A stretch of DNA of 64,000 bases from Sedimentisphaerales bacterium (GCA_963663805.2 CAXXMR010000014.1:1-64000), one strand, 5' to 3'. Positions 37,636 through 48,855 are shown, counted from the stretch's first letter. The notes: generated by a model from the sequence alone, not told the origin. Numbers and translations are program-made.

Positions 37636-39975
37636 CTAACCATTGAAATCATCAAAATCATCATCCATAGGAAGGGCTTTTTGCGCCGCGGCCGCAACCG
37701 GTTTGGTTCCGGAACCGGAATGACTTGCTATCCGATGGAAAGCATGGTCGGAATGACTCAGTCCTTTACCGCCAATCGAGGCCCTACCGGTTTGACGTTT
37801 GGATGCCCCACCTACCAGAGTTACCAGTTCCTGAACGGCCAGTTTCATCTGCTCAGCCTGAGCGGAAAGTTCCTCGGAAGCGCTGGCGGATTCTTCGGCG
37901 TTGGCAGCGTTCTGCTGGGTTACCGTATCCATCTGGCGCATGGCAGTATTGACCTGCTCGATTCCCTGGGCCTGTTCGTTGGAGGCGATAGCGATTTCGC
38001 TGACCAGGTCGGTGGTTTTGCCGATGCCGGTCACGATTTCACCGAGTGCCTTGGCGACTTCGCTGGTGATTTCCACGCCGTTCTGAGCATTCTTGACCGA
38101 TTCTTCGATCATAGCAGAAGTGTTTTTAGCAGCTTCGGCTGAGCGCATAGCGAGGTTACGAACTTCCTCAGCGACGACGGCGAAACCTTTACCGGCTTCA
38201 CCGGCGCGGGCTGCTTCGACGGCGGCATTAAGTGCCAGCAGATTTGTCTGGAAGGCGATTTCGTCGATAACCTTGATAATCTTGGCAGTCTCGTCGCTGC
38301 TGCGTTGGATTTCATTGATGGCACCGCTCATGCGTTCCATCGACTGCGAACCGCTGTCGGCTGCTTTGCTGGCTTCGGTTGCCAAACCGTTGGCCTGCTG
38401 AGCGTTGTCGGCGTTTTGCTTGACCATGGTGGCCATCTCTTCGAGCGAGGAAGAAGTTTCTTCCAGGGAGGCGGCCTGCTCGGTCGAACCTTCAGCCAAA
38501 GACTGCGAAGCGGCAGAGACCTGACCTGAGGCAGAAGCAACCTGTTCGGCACCTTCGTTTAGACCTTCGATAATACGATTGAGCAGTTTGGTTATACTGC
38601 CGGTGATATAGAAGGCCGACAGAATGGCGATTAAGGTACCGATTGCCAGACCGACAATCATAATCGTGGAACTGGTTGCCAATGACGACGCGGCGTCTTT
38701 GGCGATAGTCTCGGTCTGGGTCATACCTGCTTCGGCGGTGGTTTTGCAAGCTTCGATAACCTTAGCACCGGCTTCGCTGCGTAATCCGCTCAATTCCTGG
38801 AGTCTGGTCCATTTATCAAGGAATGTCGAAAGAGCCTTGGCGTAATTGTTACCGGCATTTTGAGTGTTATCAATTCGTTTCAGGTCATCTTCCAGCCGAG
38901 TGATTTTCCGCAAGTCATCATATTTGGCATCAAGTTTGGGGAAGTTTTCCAGAGCAGCCTTTATGATAGGTGGCGAACGCAATGCCTGCGATTTGTAGGC
39001 ATTGATACGAGCGTCATTACCCAGGTCAATTATATCATTTACGAGAGAGATTTTTTCATGGCGTTCGAGCATTTCTTTGTTAAGAGCATTCTGCTGGCTT
39101 TCCAGGAAATTCTGGCAGTTCTGAACGTATTTAGCGGCGTTGTCATCCATCTTTGTCCGGAATTTGGTTATTTCCTCGGCACTGGCGGCATCGCCCTTCT
39201 TAAACTCTTCCAGGAAAGACTTCATCGCCTGACCATAAGTCTGGCCCGCGGTTTCAATAGCCTGAATCTGGTCCAGATTGACCTTCTGCTTCGTTATGGG
39301 GCGAATTTCTGCAATATGTTTGCCCAGCCCGTCTAACATTGAAATGGCATTTTGCATCAAGTCGGCATCAGCGGTTGCCTGGGCTTTGAAGTTTGTTACC
39401 CGAACGTTAGTACCCAAATCAACAATACCGGTTACGATTTCGATTTTCTTTTGACGGTCCTCGAGGTCGCGTTTGAAGGCCTGATTTTGTCCTTCGAGGA
39501 ATTCAGCGCAATTCTGCATATAAGTCGCGGCATTTTCATCAAGTTTCTTTCTTTCGTCATTCAGCAGGGTAATGGTAGACTCTGTTTCCTGCATGAGTTT
39601 TTCATATTCATTTACCGCTTGTGTGGCAGTATCGACCTGGCCTTTGAGAGCCTTGAGATATACAGCCCTGTCAGCCAGGGCGGAGGCCTCTTGCAGATGC
39701 CCTCTGACAGTTTCCATCTCCGCCTGGGCCTTGTCATAGAAGTCCTGTTCTTCGGTATATCCATAACCGCGCATTTCATACATAACCCGGTTGGAAGCGC
39801 CGCGGAGTTCGTTGGCCACTTTTACTTCCGGGACATATTCCTGGTCAAGTTTGAGGGAGTTGTTTTTAGCGGTCAGCATACTCCAGACTCCCAGGCCGCC
39901 CAGGGCGACAGCTATCAATACTACAACAAAAAAACCTAACGCGATTCTTTTACCCAATGTCATTTGACTACCCAT
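37636..39975 (-). CDS. Methyl-accepting chemotaxis protein with large all-helical periplasmic domain
   Basis: Two TMs; [34 protein letters not shown]; start MGSQ after RBS GAAAGGA; C-terminal DFDDF. Confidence 0.95.
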   Translation of the reverse strand: MGSQMTLGKRIALGFFVVVLIAVALGGLGVWSMLTAKNNSLKLDQEYVPEVKVANELRGASNRVMYEMRGYGYTEEQDFYDKAQAEMETVRGHLQEASALADRAVYLKALKGQVDTATQAVNEYEKLMQETESTITLLNDERKKLDENAATYMQNCAEFLEGQNQAFKRDLEDRQKKIEIVTGIVDLGTNVRVTNFKAQATADADLMQNAISMLDGLGKHIAEIRPITKQKVNLDQIQAIETAGQTYGQAMKSFLEEFKKGDAASAEEITKFRTKMDDNAAKYVQNCQNFLESQQNALNKEMLERHEKISLVNDIIDLGNDARINAYKSQALRSPPIIKAALENFPKLDAKYDDLRKITRLEDDLKRIDNTQNAGNNYAKALSTFLDKWTRLQELSGLRSEAGAKVIEACKTTAEAGMTQTETIAKDAASSLATSSTIMIVGLAIGTLIAILSAFYITGSITKLLNRIIEGLNEGAEQVASASGQVSAASQSLAEGSTEQAASLEETSSSLEEMATMVKQNADNAQQANGLATEASKAADSGSQSMERMSGAINEIQRSSDETAKIIKVIDEIAFQTNLLALNAAVEAARAGEAGKGFAVVAEEVRNLAMRSAEAAKNTSAMIEESVKNAQNGVEITSEVAKALGEIVTGIGKTTDLVSEIAIASNEQAQGIEQVNTAMRQMDTVTQQNAANAEESASASEELSAQAEQMKLAVQELVTLVGGASKRQTGRASIGGKGLSHSDHAFHRIASHSGSGTKPVAAAAQKALPMDDDFDDFNG

Positions 39976-40092
39976 GGTACAGTTCCTTTCTGATATATTT
40001 CTTAAAACTACCAATTACACATAAAACTCACATTCTATTTTCCCGACCGAATGCCTCTACGCTTTTTCGGCGTGAGCCCCGAAATAACTATA

Positions 40093-41670
40093 TCATAGGC
40101 CCCTCTCCGTTGTTTTTTCGATAAGATTCAAGGTCATGTTAAAACTAGAAAGGTTTTCCGTAAAACCGTTATTAACCGCTACGCCTTCCTGCTGGAGCAT
40201 AATTGATTGCACAATTTCCCCGGCATTGGCGGCCTGAGCGGATGAACCAAGATATTGATTGTTTTGGTCATTATTCTTCCAGACGACCTCCAGGTCATCG
40301 TTTTGATAATCGTATATCATCGCAGCCGAGGTCGCCTGAGGGTTGTGGAAGACCTGGATCTGAGCCAACTGATAGCCTTCCTCGACTATCTTGTCGATAA
40401 TATTCAGCGTGCTCTCCAGATGAGGGGCTACTACGGTAAAGACCAGTTGTCTTTTTTCGCTGGGATATATATCAAAACTTTCAATACGTTTAATCATCTG
40501 CCCCAGCAGATTTGTTCCGTCAGCACCGTACAGTTTGTCACGAGGGCTGACATGGGCCAGATAGGCAAATTTTTTGGGATGCGAAATGAGCAGTCCAGTG
40601 CAGGTTGAAATTCCAAAAGTTTCAAGGATCTGCCCCTGTGAGGCCTTGAGAAATTCGTCCATATCTACCAGCATCACGGGTTTGTGGCCTTTGAGCCTGG
40701 TCTGGCAGGTGGCCGCTATACCAGGATTCTGGAGGTTTTGCAGGAGCTTATCCGCGTAAAACCTGCGATGCTGAACGTAATGGTCGGTAGTTATTTCGTC
40801 CATATCGACCTTAGCAACGGCGAGCCATGGCGTCCCCATATATTCGACAACCTCAAATGATGTTAATGCTGTACGTCCCCGATAGTCTGTCACTACTCGA
40901 TGCCCCTGCCCATCCGCAAACTTGGTCTGAATATTGCGATCGTCAAGACGTTTTTCCAGGATGGTCGATGCGCCTGTAAAATTAGACTCTGTGAGCATGA
41001 TGCCTTCCTGATTGACCAGGAACGTCTCTCCGGTTTCGCCGAGGTCTTCGGTCCAGGCAAAAAGTGAATTAATTTTATTAATGGCACATTGCAGAACAAT
41101 CCACCCCATAAATTCACTGTCACGAAATATAGGCTCAACGAAAAAGGCGGCCGGCTCGTCCGACGGACCGTAATTGTGAAAGTCAACGAAACACTCGGTC
41201 TTAGGTGCCGAATCAAGACATTGGGCCAGCGCACTTTCCTTGAAGTCGCTGTCATGCAGATTCGCCATAAAATCCGCTTCCTTGCGGATGGAATAAAATA
41301 CATTGCCCTGGCCGTCTACAAAAAGAATGTCATAGAAAGTAAAATAGTTTTCGATGTAATAGCGATTAAATCCATCCCTGAGCTTCTTAATTCTATCTCG
41401 CAGTTCTCCGGGCATATCTTCCTGAGTTTGGGCCAGGGCAAATTTAAGATTTACCTCAAAAAAAGCCAATACCTTCTGGTCCTCCCTCGCCTCCTGTGCC
41501 AGATTGTGCATACGGTCGGTGAATCGCTGCAACTGTTGAATTTTTTCATTGCGGGCATAATCCAGCCGCACCAGCGCCCAATCGTAAGGGCTCTTATCCG
41601 CTCGACTCTCGGCGTTGAGAATCATTACTAGCGTCAGAGCTAAAATTGTTATTATTTTGTAGTGTTTCAT
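40093..41670 (-). CDS. Predicted exported dCache domain protein fused to a CheD-like deamidase domain
   Basis: Signal peptide; dCache motifs YDILFVD..G, LGETGETFLV, DYRG; then VDMDE..TFGISTC..LAHVSP. Confidence 0.7.
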   Translation of the reverse strand: MKHYKIITILALTLVMILNAESRADKSPYDWALVRLDYARNEKIQQLQRFTDRMHNLAQEAREDQKVLAFFEVNLKFALAQTQEDMPGELRDRIKKLRDGFNRYYIENYFTFYDILFVDGQGNVFYSIRKEADFMANLHDSDFKESALAQCLDSAPKTECFVDFHNYGPSDEPAAFFVEPIFRDSEFMGWIVLQCAINKINSLFAWTEDLGETGETFLVNQEGIMLTESNFTGASTILEKRLDDRNIQTKFADGQGHRVVTDYRGRTALTSFEVVEYMGTPWLAVAKVDMDEITTDHYVQHRRFYADKLLQNLQNPGIAATCQTRLKGHKPVMLVDMDEFLKASQGQILETFGISTCTGLLISHPKKFAYLAHVSPRDKLYGADGTNLLGQMIKRIESFDIYPSEKRQLVFTVVAPHLESTLNIIDKIVEEGYQLAQIQVFHNPQATSAAMIYDYQNDDLEVVWKNNDQNNQYLGSSAQAANAGEIVQSIMLQQEGVAVNNGFTENLSSFNMTLNLIEKTTERGL

Positions 41671-41699
41671 GTAGGCTTACCGTTTTGTGGGCGATGCGA

Positions 41700-42227
41700 T
41701 TAGTTATCGGTTCCGGCACACTCTTTTGTCAGGGGTATCAGATTTTCATTGCCCAGAACCGCGTCGATGTCTAAAAGAATCTTTACGGAACTTCCTATCT
41801 TGCCCATCCCCAGGATAAAACTGGTATCTACGGAAGTGCCAAAACGAGGAGCGTCTTCGATTTGCTCACTGGCAATATCCAAAACTTCCTGAACCCGGTC
41901 AACTACGATCCCCGTATTTACTTGACGGTCATCCAGATTGATTTCGACCACGATGATGCAAGTTTCGTCGTCGGTTTCTACCTTCTCCATTCCAAATTTA
42001 ACCCGCAGGTCGATTACTGGAATTACCTGTCCGCGCAGATTAATTACCCCGCGAACATGTTCGGGCGTCTTGGGGACCGCGGTAACATCGATATAACCGA
42101 TGATTTCCCGGACCTTGAGAATCTCCAGACCGTACTCTTCGTTTCCCAGAGCAAAACTGAGATATTTACCCTCGGTGGACTGGCTGGCTTGCCTGATTTG
42201 TTCCGCTATTGCCGCTGTTTCTGACAT
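41700..42227 (-). CDS. cheW: Chemotaxis coupling protein CheW
   Basis: YLSF.LG.EEYG, V.EII, GVINLRGQVIPVIDL, GIVVD.V. Confidence 0.95.
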   Translation of the reverse strand: MSETAAIAEQIRQASQSTEGKYLSFALGNEEYGLEILKVREIIGYIDVTAVPKTPEHVRGVINLRGQVIPVIDLRVKFGMEKVETDDETCIIVVEINLDDRQVNTGIVVDRVQEVLDIASEQIEDAPRFGTSVDTSFILGMGKIGSSVKILLDIDAVLGNENLIPLTKECAGTDN

Positions 42228-42676
42228 GACTAATCTCCTGAGTTACTACTCAACCTGTATTAGCTGCATTCGTTCACTAACTCTTCTTTGTACCTTCAAA
42301 ACTATTGTGTTTTGCCCAACTGCAATAGTTGGCATGATTTCGGCAAACACAATGCCTACATCTCCTGTCGACCTAAAAACCGGGACATATAGAAAAAATA
42401 TTGTTCTGCTTATAAGACCAAAAGCTTTTTTTAATAATCCCCGCAGGCAAGCTTCATCACTAATTACTTGAGAACAAAAGCGTTATCACCAAACACCCAC
42501 CTCGTCTATCATTAAAAAACTCATTATTTCTATTAGTCTGTCACATTGATGTTCTACAAATTTCAATGACCTTATCCGATAACAAATTCCGGAAAAATTT
42601 TCCACCTGGAAATATCGGACAGAATAACACTAAAACGGACCAAGTAATGTAAGTGCGAGTGGTGATGTCAAAACAC

Positions 42677-42710
42677 AAAAGGCCGACCAAGTGATGAAAC
42701 TCAGCCGGCC
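42677..42710 (-). terminator. Intrinsic terminator after the second MCP
   Basis: GGCCGGCTGAG/CTTGGTCGGCC stem plus TTTT on the minus strand; resembles the 37542-37577 terminator. Confidence 0.65.
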
Positions 42711-42748
42711 CGATAATCTAATCAGCCCCAATTTATTCAAACAACGTT

Positions 42749-44716
42749 TTATGAGCTAAAATCGCCAAAGTCATCATCCATAGGAATAGCGTGCCTTACT
42801 CGGGCTGAACCGGAGTTTTTCGCAGCGGAGGCGATTCTATGATAGGCGTTATCAACGCTGCCCATGCCGCCTTTGTTTTTATGCACTGACCTGTTTTGAT
42901 TTGAGGAACCACCCACCAGGTCCACCAGCTCCTGTACAATCTGATTCATTTGCCCGGCCTGAGCGGAAAGTTCCTCAGAAGCACTGGCGGACTCTTCGGC
43001 ATTGGCGGCGTTCTGCTGGGTCACAGTATCCATCTGACGCATAGCGGTATTAACCTGCTCGATGCCCTGAGCCTGCTCACGAGAAGCAGCGGCAATTTCG
43101 CTCACCAGCTCAGTGGTTTTGCTTACTCCGTCAACAATTCCGTTCAAGGCCTTGGCGACTTCCTGAGTAATATCTACGCCGTTCTGAGCATTCTTGACCG
43201 ATTCTTCGATCATCGCCGAGGTGTTCTTCGCGGCTTCGGCAGAACGCATTGCCAGATTGCGAACTTCTTCCGCCACGACGGCAAAACCTTTACCGGCTTC
43301 ACCGGCACGGGCAGCCTCTACGGCCGCGTTCAGGGCCAGCAAGTTTGTCTGGAAGGCAATCTCGTCAATAACCTTGATAATCTTGGCGGTCTCGTCACTG
43401 CTGCGTTGGATTTCGTTGATGGCACCGCTCATGCGTTCCATCGACTGGGAACCATCATCGGCAGCCTGACGAGCGGTGTCCGCCAGAGAGTTGGCTTGCT
43501 GGGCATTATCCGCGTTCTTTTTGACCATGGTAGCCATTTCTTCCAGAGAAGCCGATGTCTCCTGCAAAGATGCCGCCTGTTCCGTCGAACCTTCCGCCAG
43601 CGACTGCGAGGCCGAAGACACCTGGCCTGATGCCGAAGCGACCTGTTCGGAACCTTCAGTAAGACCTGCGATAATTCGATTGATAGGCCGGGTTATACCC
43701 AAAGCCAGGAAGATGCCCAAAAATACCGCTAATGCCACACCAATGGCCAAGGCCGTCAGCATTATAAAAGTACTCCGACCAGCGGCCTGCTCACCGGCAT
43801 GGGCCGCTTCTTCAGACATCTCGTGATTTAATGCGATAATCTTATCGAGAACTTTATATGCTCTATCCTGTTTGTCGCGACAGGTAACCATGGCTTGTTC
43901 GCCTATGCCGCGATACAACTCCTGAGCACGACCGATTTCATCACGAATAGTCGTGAATCCGGAGAAAACATTTTCGGCCACGGGAAGCAACTGTTTGTAA
44001 GATTCAACGGCCTGTTCCTGCTGCGAGCTACTGTGGTTCTGTTTGGCTTCTTTTACCAACTCATGAAAACGTTCGTGGGCCTTGCTCATTTGACTAATGG
44101 AATTATTGATATGGTCATTATCCGTCTTAAATTGTGCCGCCCATTTGCCGAAACGACAAGCAGAATGACTTTCTCCACCCTCAAATTCCTTACCCTCATA
44201 AACAAGGTTCGCTACACTACCGATTGCCTTGTAATGGTCGCCGCGAAAACCTTCCAGATATTCCTGCATGAGGTCTGGATTGAGAACATCAATCTTGTCC
44301 AACTCCTGGCAATATTCGGTAAATTTATTATTCTCTATCTTCCATTCATCAATAGCCTTGCCAAACTCATCCCAAAGCGTTAGCTCTTCGGGAGTATGGG
44401 GCAAACCCTCATATTCTTTCCAGGCAGCCAGATAACCATCACGTGCTTTGGCGATATTTTCATACTGGCGTTGGCGAGCCGATTTGTCCAAAGCGGTGCT
44501 GAGCAAAGTACGCTGGGCAGCCTTTAGAAAATTGAGTTCCTGTTTGATTTCCAGTACAGACTGAACGCTCGGCATACGAACCGCACTCATTTCATCCAAA
44601 TGTCCCCTAAGGGTTCCAAGCCCGACAAACCCCACCAGCCCGATAATAGTGGCGATAACCGCTACTACTAAAAAACCCATGATAAGTTTCGCACTCAATC
44701 TCATGTTCTTGAACAT
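42749..44716 (-). CDS. Methyl-accepting chemotaxis protein, 4HB sensor with inserted CZB domain
   Basis: Two TMs; MCP signalling tip; H...CRFGKW...HERFH zinc motif between the TMs; start MFKN after RBS AGGAGA. Confidence 0.93.
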   Translation of the reverse strand: MFKNMRLSAKLIMGFLVVAVIATIIGLVGFVGLGTLRGHLDEMSAVRMPSVQSVLEIKQELNFLKAAQRTLLSTALDKSARQRQYENIAKARDGYLAAWKEYEGLPHTPEELTLWDEFGKAIDEWKIENNKFTEYCQELDKIDVLNPDLMQEYLEGFRGDHYKAIGSVANLVYEGKEFEGGESHSACRFGKWAAQFKTDNDHINNSISQMSKAHERFHELVKEAKQNHSSSQQEQAVESYKQLLPVAENVFSGFTTIRDEIGRAQELYRGIGEQAMVTCRDKQDRAYKVLDKIIALNHEMSEEAAHAGEQAAGRSTFIMLTALAIGVALAVFLGIFLALGITRPINRIIAGLTEGSEQVASASGQVSSASQSLAEGSTEQAASLQETSASLEEMATMVKKNADNAQQANSLADTARQAADDGSQSMERMSGAINEIQRSSDETAKIIKVIDEIAFQTNLLALNAAVEAARAGEAGKGFAVVAEEVRNLAMRSAEAAKNTSAMIEESVKNAQNGVDITQEVAKALNGIVDGVSKTTELVSEIAAASREQAQGIEQVNTAMRQMDTVTQQNAANAEESASASEELSAQAGQMNQIVQELVDLVGGSSNQNRSVHKNKGGMGSVDNAYHRIASAAKNSGSARVRHAIPMDDDFGDFSS

Positions 44717-45134
44717 CTTTGGTTCTCCTATGCAAGAAACCTGATAATCATCTTTCCACAATTTTTTTTCGACAAATCAACAAACTACAGCTACATCTTG
44801 ACTCCCACCTTCTGGTATATTTGTCGGCAACAACCCCACACATATAGAAGTTAAAAATATATAAAAACTTTTATATTTAAGTGGTACCATTATCAAGGTA
44901 GAGGTCCGACCAAAATCAAAGACCTTGGCCAGAAAAGAGTTATGACAGCATAATCGAATGATTCGTCCCTGGCAAAAACATATCATATCGCAAGAGTGGG
45001 ATATAAGCCAAAGCCGATACTCCGATAATCTTTTCCGCCTCTCGCTAAAAATAAAAAAAGCCCGGTCTATTCAAAAGTAAGTTTCCGGCCAAGTACACCT
45101 TGGCTGACAATTGGTGGATTGCGGTTGGGGCGGG

Positions 45135-46661
45135 TTAATTTTGCGGGGTTTTCCAGTTGGCGGGCAGGAGGGTGTCGATTTGGTTGGCGCCGGTGGTGGA
45201 GATTTTTCTGAGGACATAATTGAAATACGCGAATGGGTCGTGATTGTGGAGTTTGCAGCCGGCGACCAGGCTGTAGATTATGGCGGCGCGTTCGGCTCCA
45301 GCTTCGCTGCCGGCGAACATATAATTTTTTCGGCCAATGACTACCATTCTCAGCGTTCGTTCCGAAAGATTATTATCGATGCTCAGCCGTGGGTCGCTGG
45401 TATAGCGGACCAGGGCATCCCACTGGTTCAGGGCGTAGGTGACGGCTTTGCCCATATTATTTTTAGGCAGAACCTGTCCCTGATACTCATCCAGCTTCGC
45501 CCGGATTTCGGCAAAGATCGGCAGGGCTTCTTCCTGGCGGGCTTGCAAAAGTTGCTCCGGCGAATATTTTTCCGCTTTTGCCCGTCGCTCGATTTCATAA
45601 AGCTTACCCCAGAGCACCATAAAATGTGCCGCCCGCACCGGGTCGCTGTCTAAAGCGTATTCAAACTTCCGCCGCGCATGCGCATTACAAGCCACCTCAA
45701 CGGCATCGGTAGCCCGAAACAGTTCATCATAGCCGCTATAAGCATCGGCATGCACAAAACCCTGATAATCTCTGCCGATAAAATTTAGCGGACCTTCGCG
45801 CGAACGCGTCGGCGTAAAATCAAACGCCACATTATAATCAGTATCGATATAAACCCACAAATAGCCCTTATACGTGGATCCTTTACGGTTTTTGCTCTTG
45901 ATGGGGATGGAGGTATCATCGGTATAAATGATTTCCGACTGCTGAATCTTCTCCCGCATACGTTTGACCAGCGGCTCCAGCAGTTCAGCGCAACTGCCCA
46001 CCCAGTCGCACATGGTTGAGACGTTGATTTCCACGCCGTGCCGCTTAATAATACCTTCCAGACGGTTCAACGGCTGGTGGTCCGCATACTTGCTCGTTAT
46101 GATATACGCCAGCAAACCTTCAGCGGGAATGCCTTTGTCGATCGCCATGGGCGGCAGTTCGCCAATCGAGATATTATTCTCGCAAACCTTGCAGGCGTAT
46201 TTGCTTCTGACATAACGCTGAACATAAAAAGATGCGGGCACATAATCCAGCTTTTCGGTTACTTCCTCGCCGATACGTTCTTTTTCGTTATGGCATACCG
46301 GGCAGGTTTTTTCTTCTTCGGCAGGTTCAATGTCGATAGTTTCGCGGCGCAAATTTTCCGGCAGCGGCTTGCGGCCTTGATGATTAGCATTCTTACGGCC
46401 TTTGACAACCTTGGCGCGTGAGGGCTTCTGCTGTTCAATCTTCTGTTGAACTTCCTCGTAAAGATTTTCAAACAACAAACGCTGAGCCGGATCGAGCTTT
46501 TCGCTTTTCTTGCCGAACAACTGCCGCTTGAGATAATACAACTGGCCGCTGAGATCATCAATCTGACCCAACAGCGTCAGAACCATCTCTTTAAGAGTGG
46601 CAACATCATCGGGAAGCTGCTCGACAGAGCTTTGAGCGGTTATCTTTTCAGCCATCATCAA
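45135..46661 (-). CDS. tnpC: IS66 transposase
   Basis: FGKKSEK, CPVC, KYADHQPLNR, DAYSGY, CNAHARRKF, IDNNLSER. Confidence 0.95.
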   Translation of the reverse strand: MMMAEKITAQSSVEQLPDDVATLKEMVLTLLGQIDDLSGQLYYLKRQLFGKKSEKLDPAQRLLFENLYEEVQQKIEQQKPSRAKVVKGRKNANHQGRKPLPENLRRETIDIEPAEEEKTCPVCHNEKERIGEEVTEKLDYVPASFYVQRYVRSKYACKVCENNISIGELPPMAIDKGIPAEGLLAYIITSKYADHQPLNRLEGIIKRHGVEINVSTMCDWVGSCAELLEPLVKRMREKIQQSEIIYTDDTSIPIKSKNRKGSTYKGYLWVYIDTDYNVAFDFTPTRSREGPLNFIGRDYQGFVHADAYSGYDELFRATDAVEVACNAHARRKFEYALDSDPVRAAHFMVLWGKLYEIERRAKAEKYSPEQLLQARQEEALPIFAEIRAKLDEYQGQVLPKNNMGKAVTYALNQWDALVRYTSDPRLSIDNNLSERTLRMVVIGRKNYMFAGSEAGAERAAIIYSLVAGCKLHNHDPFAYFNYVLRKISTTGANQIDTLLPANWKTPQN

Positions 46662-46774
46662 TCCGTAACGTTTAGTAACTTCGTCATCCTTAACGATGAG
46701 ATTATGATAAGCGAAATGATGAAAAAAGCAAGCATAAAAATGAGAAAATATGTAATATTCTTAACTCTAAGAGC

Positions 46775-47134
46775 CTATAGCGAGCTTTTACGCTCATAGC
46801 GTTTTCGGCGGCGACTGCGAAATAAATCAATGCCTTCCAGTATCCAGCTTAGCTTGGCAATATCAACTTCGATTGATGCCTGATTATTTTTGCCGGGGAT
46901 TTTTTCAAACGTGCCTTCCTCCAGCCGCTTATACCAAACGACGAATCCGGTGCGGTCCCAGAAAAGAATCTTACATTTGTCGCCGCGTTTATTGAAGAAC
47001 ACAAACAGATGGCCGCTGAACGAATCTTGAAGCATGAAGTTTTCCGCCAGCATCGAAAGCTTGTTAAAACCGCAACGCATATCCGTCGGCTGAGAGTAAA
47101 TGAAAATCTTCACCGCCGGGGGCAGAGTTAGCAT
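46775..47134 (-). CDS. tnpB: IS66 accessory protein TnpB
   Basis: TDMRCGF, KILFWD.TGF..WYKRLE.G.F. Confidence 0.95.
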   Translation of the reverse strand: MLTLPPAVKIFIYSQPTDMRCGFNKLSMLAENFMLQDSFSGHLFVFFNKRGDKCKILFWDRTGFVVWYKRLEEGTFEKIPGKNNQASIEVDIAKLSWILEGIDLFRSRRRKRYERKSSL

Positions 47135-47478
47135 AGCTTTGCCTGTTTTAGCGCGGAAAGAACGCCGGTTAAAAATGCATCGTCGATATTTGAAGGTATC
47201 CGCAATGTATGGCCAGCCGCCAGAACAAGCTCCAGAGAACCGGGCTGGGACGGGGGCATCGAAACGCGAATGAAGGCCTCCGGCTGCGCCTCTGACTTGC
47301 TGTCGTAATCAGAGTTTCGGGCTTGGGTCAGACGCCTGCGCCAGGAATAAAAAGATGGCTCAGATAAACCTTCCTGCCGACAAAACTGACGAACGGATAA
47401 CCCACTGGATTGAAATGTCTCCAGCACCATCCGCCAAAACTGCCGCTGTTCCGTATCAGATTTTCGCGCTTTGCCCAT
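47128..47478 (-). CDS. tnpA: IS66 accessory protein TnpA
   Basis: SGLSVRQFCRQEGLS..SFYSWRRRL HTH. Confidence 0.92.
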   Translation of the reverse strand: MGKARKSDTEQRQFWRMVLETFQSSGLSVRQFCRQEGLSEPSFYSWRRRLTQARNSDYDSKSEAQPEAFIRVSMPPSQPGSLELVLAAGHTLRIPSNIDDAFLTGVLSALKQAKLC

Positions 47479-47610
47479 GATTGCCTCTCCATTAAATCAT
47501 GAGCCGTATTATCAATTTTTCAAAGAACCCCGCAAGATGCACTTGGCCGGAACCTTACGTTCAAAAGACCAGGCTTAGAGGGATTTTTGAGTATGGTTAT
47601 AGCAACGTTA

Positions 47611-48825
47611 TTATTTTTTGGTCCGTTTTTGTGGTTTGCTTTTGATGAACCGGTCTATCTGTTTCATGGCCTGACGTAAACGCTGCTCATTTTCGACCAG
47701 AGCGATTCGCAGATAGCCTTCGCCGTTTTCGCCAAAGGCCCGCCCGGGCGCGACCACCACTTCGGCTTTTTCCAGAAGGTCCATCGCGTAATCCAGCGTA
47801 CTCATACCCTTGAGCATATCATCCGGGACTTTCGCCCAGACAAACATTGATGCCCGCGGCTTTTCCACTTCCCAGCCCACGCGTTTAATCCAGTCGCAAA
47901 CAACGTCACGCCGCGATTCATATTTCTTGCACTGATCTTCGATAAACTCATCGCCGTGGCGCATAGCGATAATCGCCGCGATCTGAATCGCCTGAAAAAT
48001 ACCGTAATCGTAATAACCTTTAATGTCGTAAAGCCATTGGATAATGCGTTCGTTACCGGCACAAAAGCCGATACGCCAGCCAGCCATATTGTACGGTTTG
48101 CTCATCGTCGTAAACTCAACGCCGACATCCTTGGCGCCTTTAACCGAAAGAAAACTCGGAGCTTTGTAATCATCGTAACACGTCTCGCCATAAGCGAAGT
48201 CGTGGAACACCACCACATTAAAACGCTTGGCCAGCTTAACAACTTCCTCAAAGAAACCCTGGTCAACCGTCATGGCCGTCGGGTTATGCGGATAGTTCAA
48301 TATCATCAGCCGCGGACGGGGGTAAAGATGTTCACACACATAAGCTATCCGGTCCAGAAACGCCTGGTCACAGCCCAGCGGCACACTGATAACATTACCG
48401 CCGGCCAACGTAACCGCGTAAACATGAATCGCAAAGGCCGGATCCGGCACAATCGCCGTATCACCCGGGCCGAGCATCGCCAGACACGCATGAGAGAAAC
48501 CTTCTTTACTGCCGATGCAGGCGGTTACTTCTTTTTCCGGGTCAAGTTCGACATTCCACTTGCGGGCATATTTCCTGGCCATCTCTTTGCGAAGATTATG
48601 AATACCTTTGACAGCGCTGTAACGATGGTTACGCGGGTCGCGGGCAGCTTCGCACAATTTTTCCACCACGTCGGGCGGGCTGGAATCCAAAGGATTTCCC
48701 ATACCCAAGTCGATAATGTCAATGCCGGCCTGACGCTTTTTTAGTTTAAGAGCGTTCAGCCGCCCAAAAAGGTAAGGGGGCAGACGCTTGATTCTTTCCG
48801 AGGGCTCGATAATAAATTTTGCCAT
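47611..48825 (-). CDS. alaC: PLP-dependent class I/II aminotransferase, AlaC-like
   Basis: RLPPY.F, DLGMGNP, GSKEG, NPT, DFAY, SKPYNMAGWRIG; a DapL-type function is not excluded. Confidence 0.75.
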   Translation of the reverse strand: MAKFIIEPSERIKRLPPYLFGRLNALKLKKRQAGIDIIDLGMGNPLDSSPPDVVEKLCEAARDPRNHRYSAVKGIHNLRKEMARKYARKWNVELDPEKEVTACIGSKEGFSHACLAMLGPGDTAIVPDPAFAIHVYAVTLAGGNVISVPLGCDQAFLDRIAYVCEHLYPRPRLMILNYPHNPTAMTVDQGFFEEVVKLAKRFNVVVFHDFAYGETCYDDYKAPSFLSVKGAKDVGVEFTTMSKPYNMAGWRIGFCAGNERIIQWLYDIKGYYDYGIFQAIQIAAIIAMRHGDEFIEDQCKKYESRRDVVCDWIKRVGWEVEKPRASMFVWAKVPDDMLKGMSTLDYAMDLLEKAEVVVAPGRAFGENGEGYLRIALVENEQRLRQAMKQIDRFIKSKPQKRTKK

Positions 48826-48855
48826 GATTATTACTCAAATACAAATGGTTGTAAT

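Larger units (their letters stand above)
45077..47558 (-). mobile_element. IS66 family element, three-ORF type (tnpA-tnpB-tnpC)
   Basis: 26-bp TIRs GTAAGTTTCCGGCCAAGTACACCTTG / rc GTAAGGTTCCGGCCAAGTGCATCTTG; flanks ATTCAAAA (45069-76) and GTTCAAAA (47559-66), 7/8 identical. Confidence 0.95.

Noticed and set aside
44821..44847. sigma28 promoter for the CZB-MCP (GCCGACAA)
   Set aside because: Plausible context, but the -35 match and spacing are poor; not supportable by eye.
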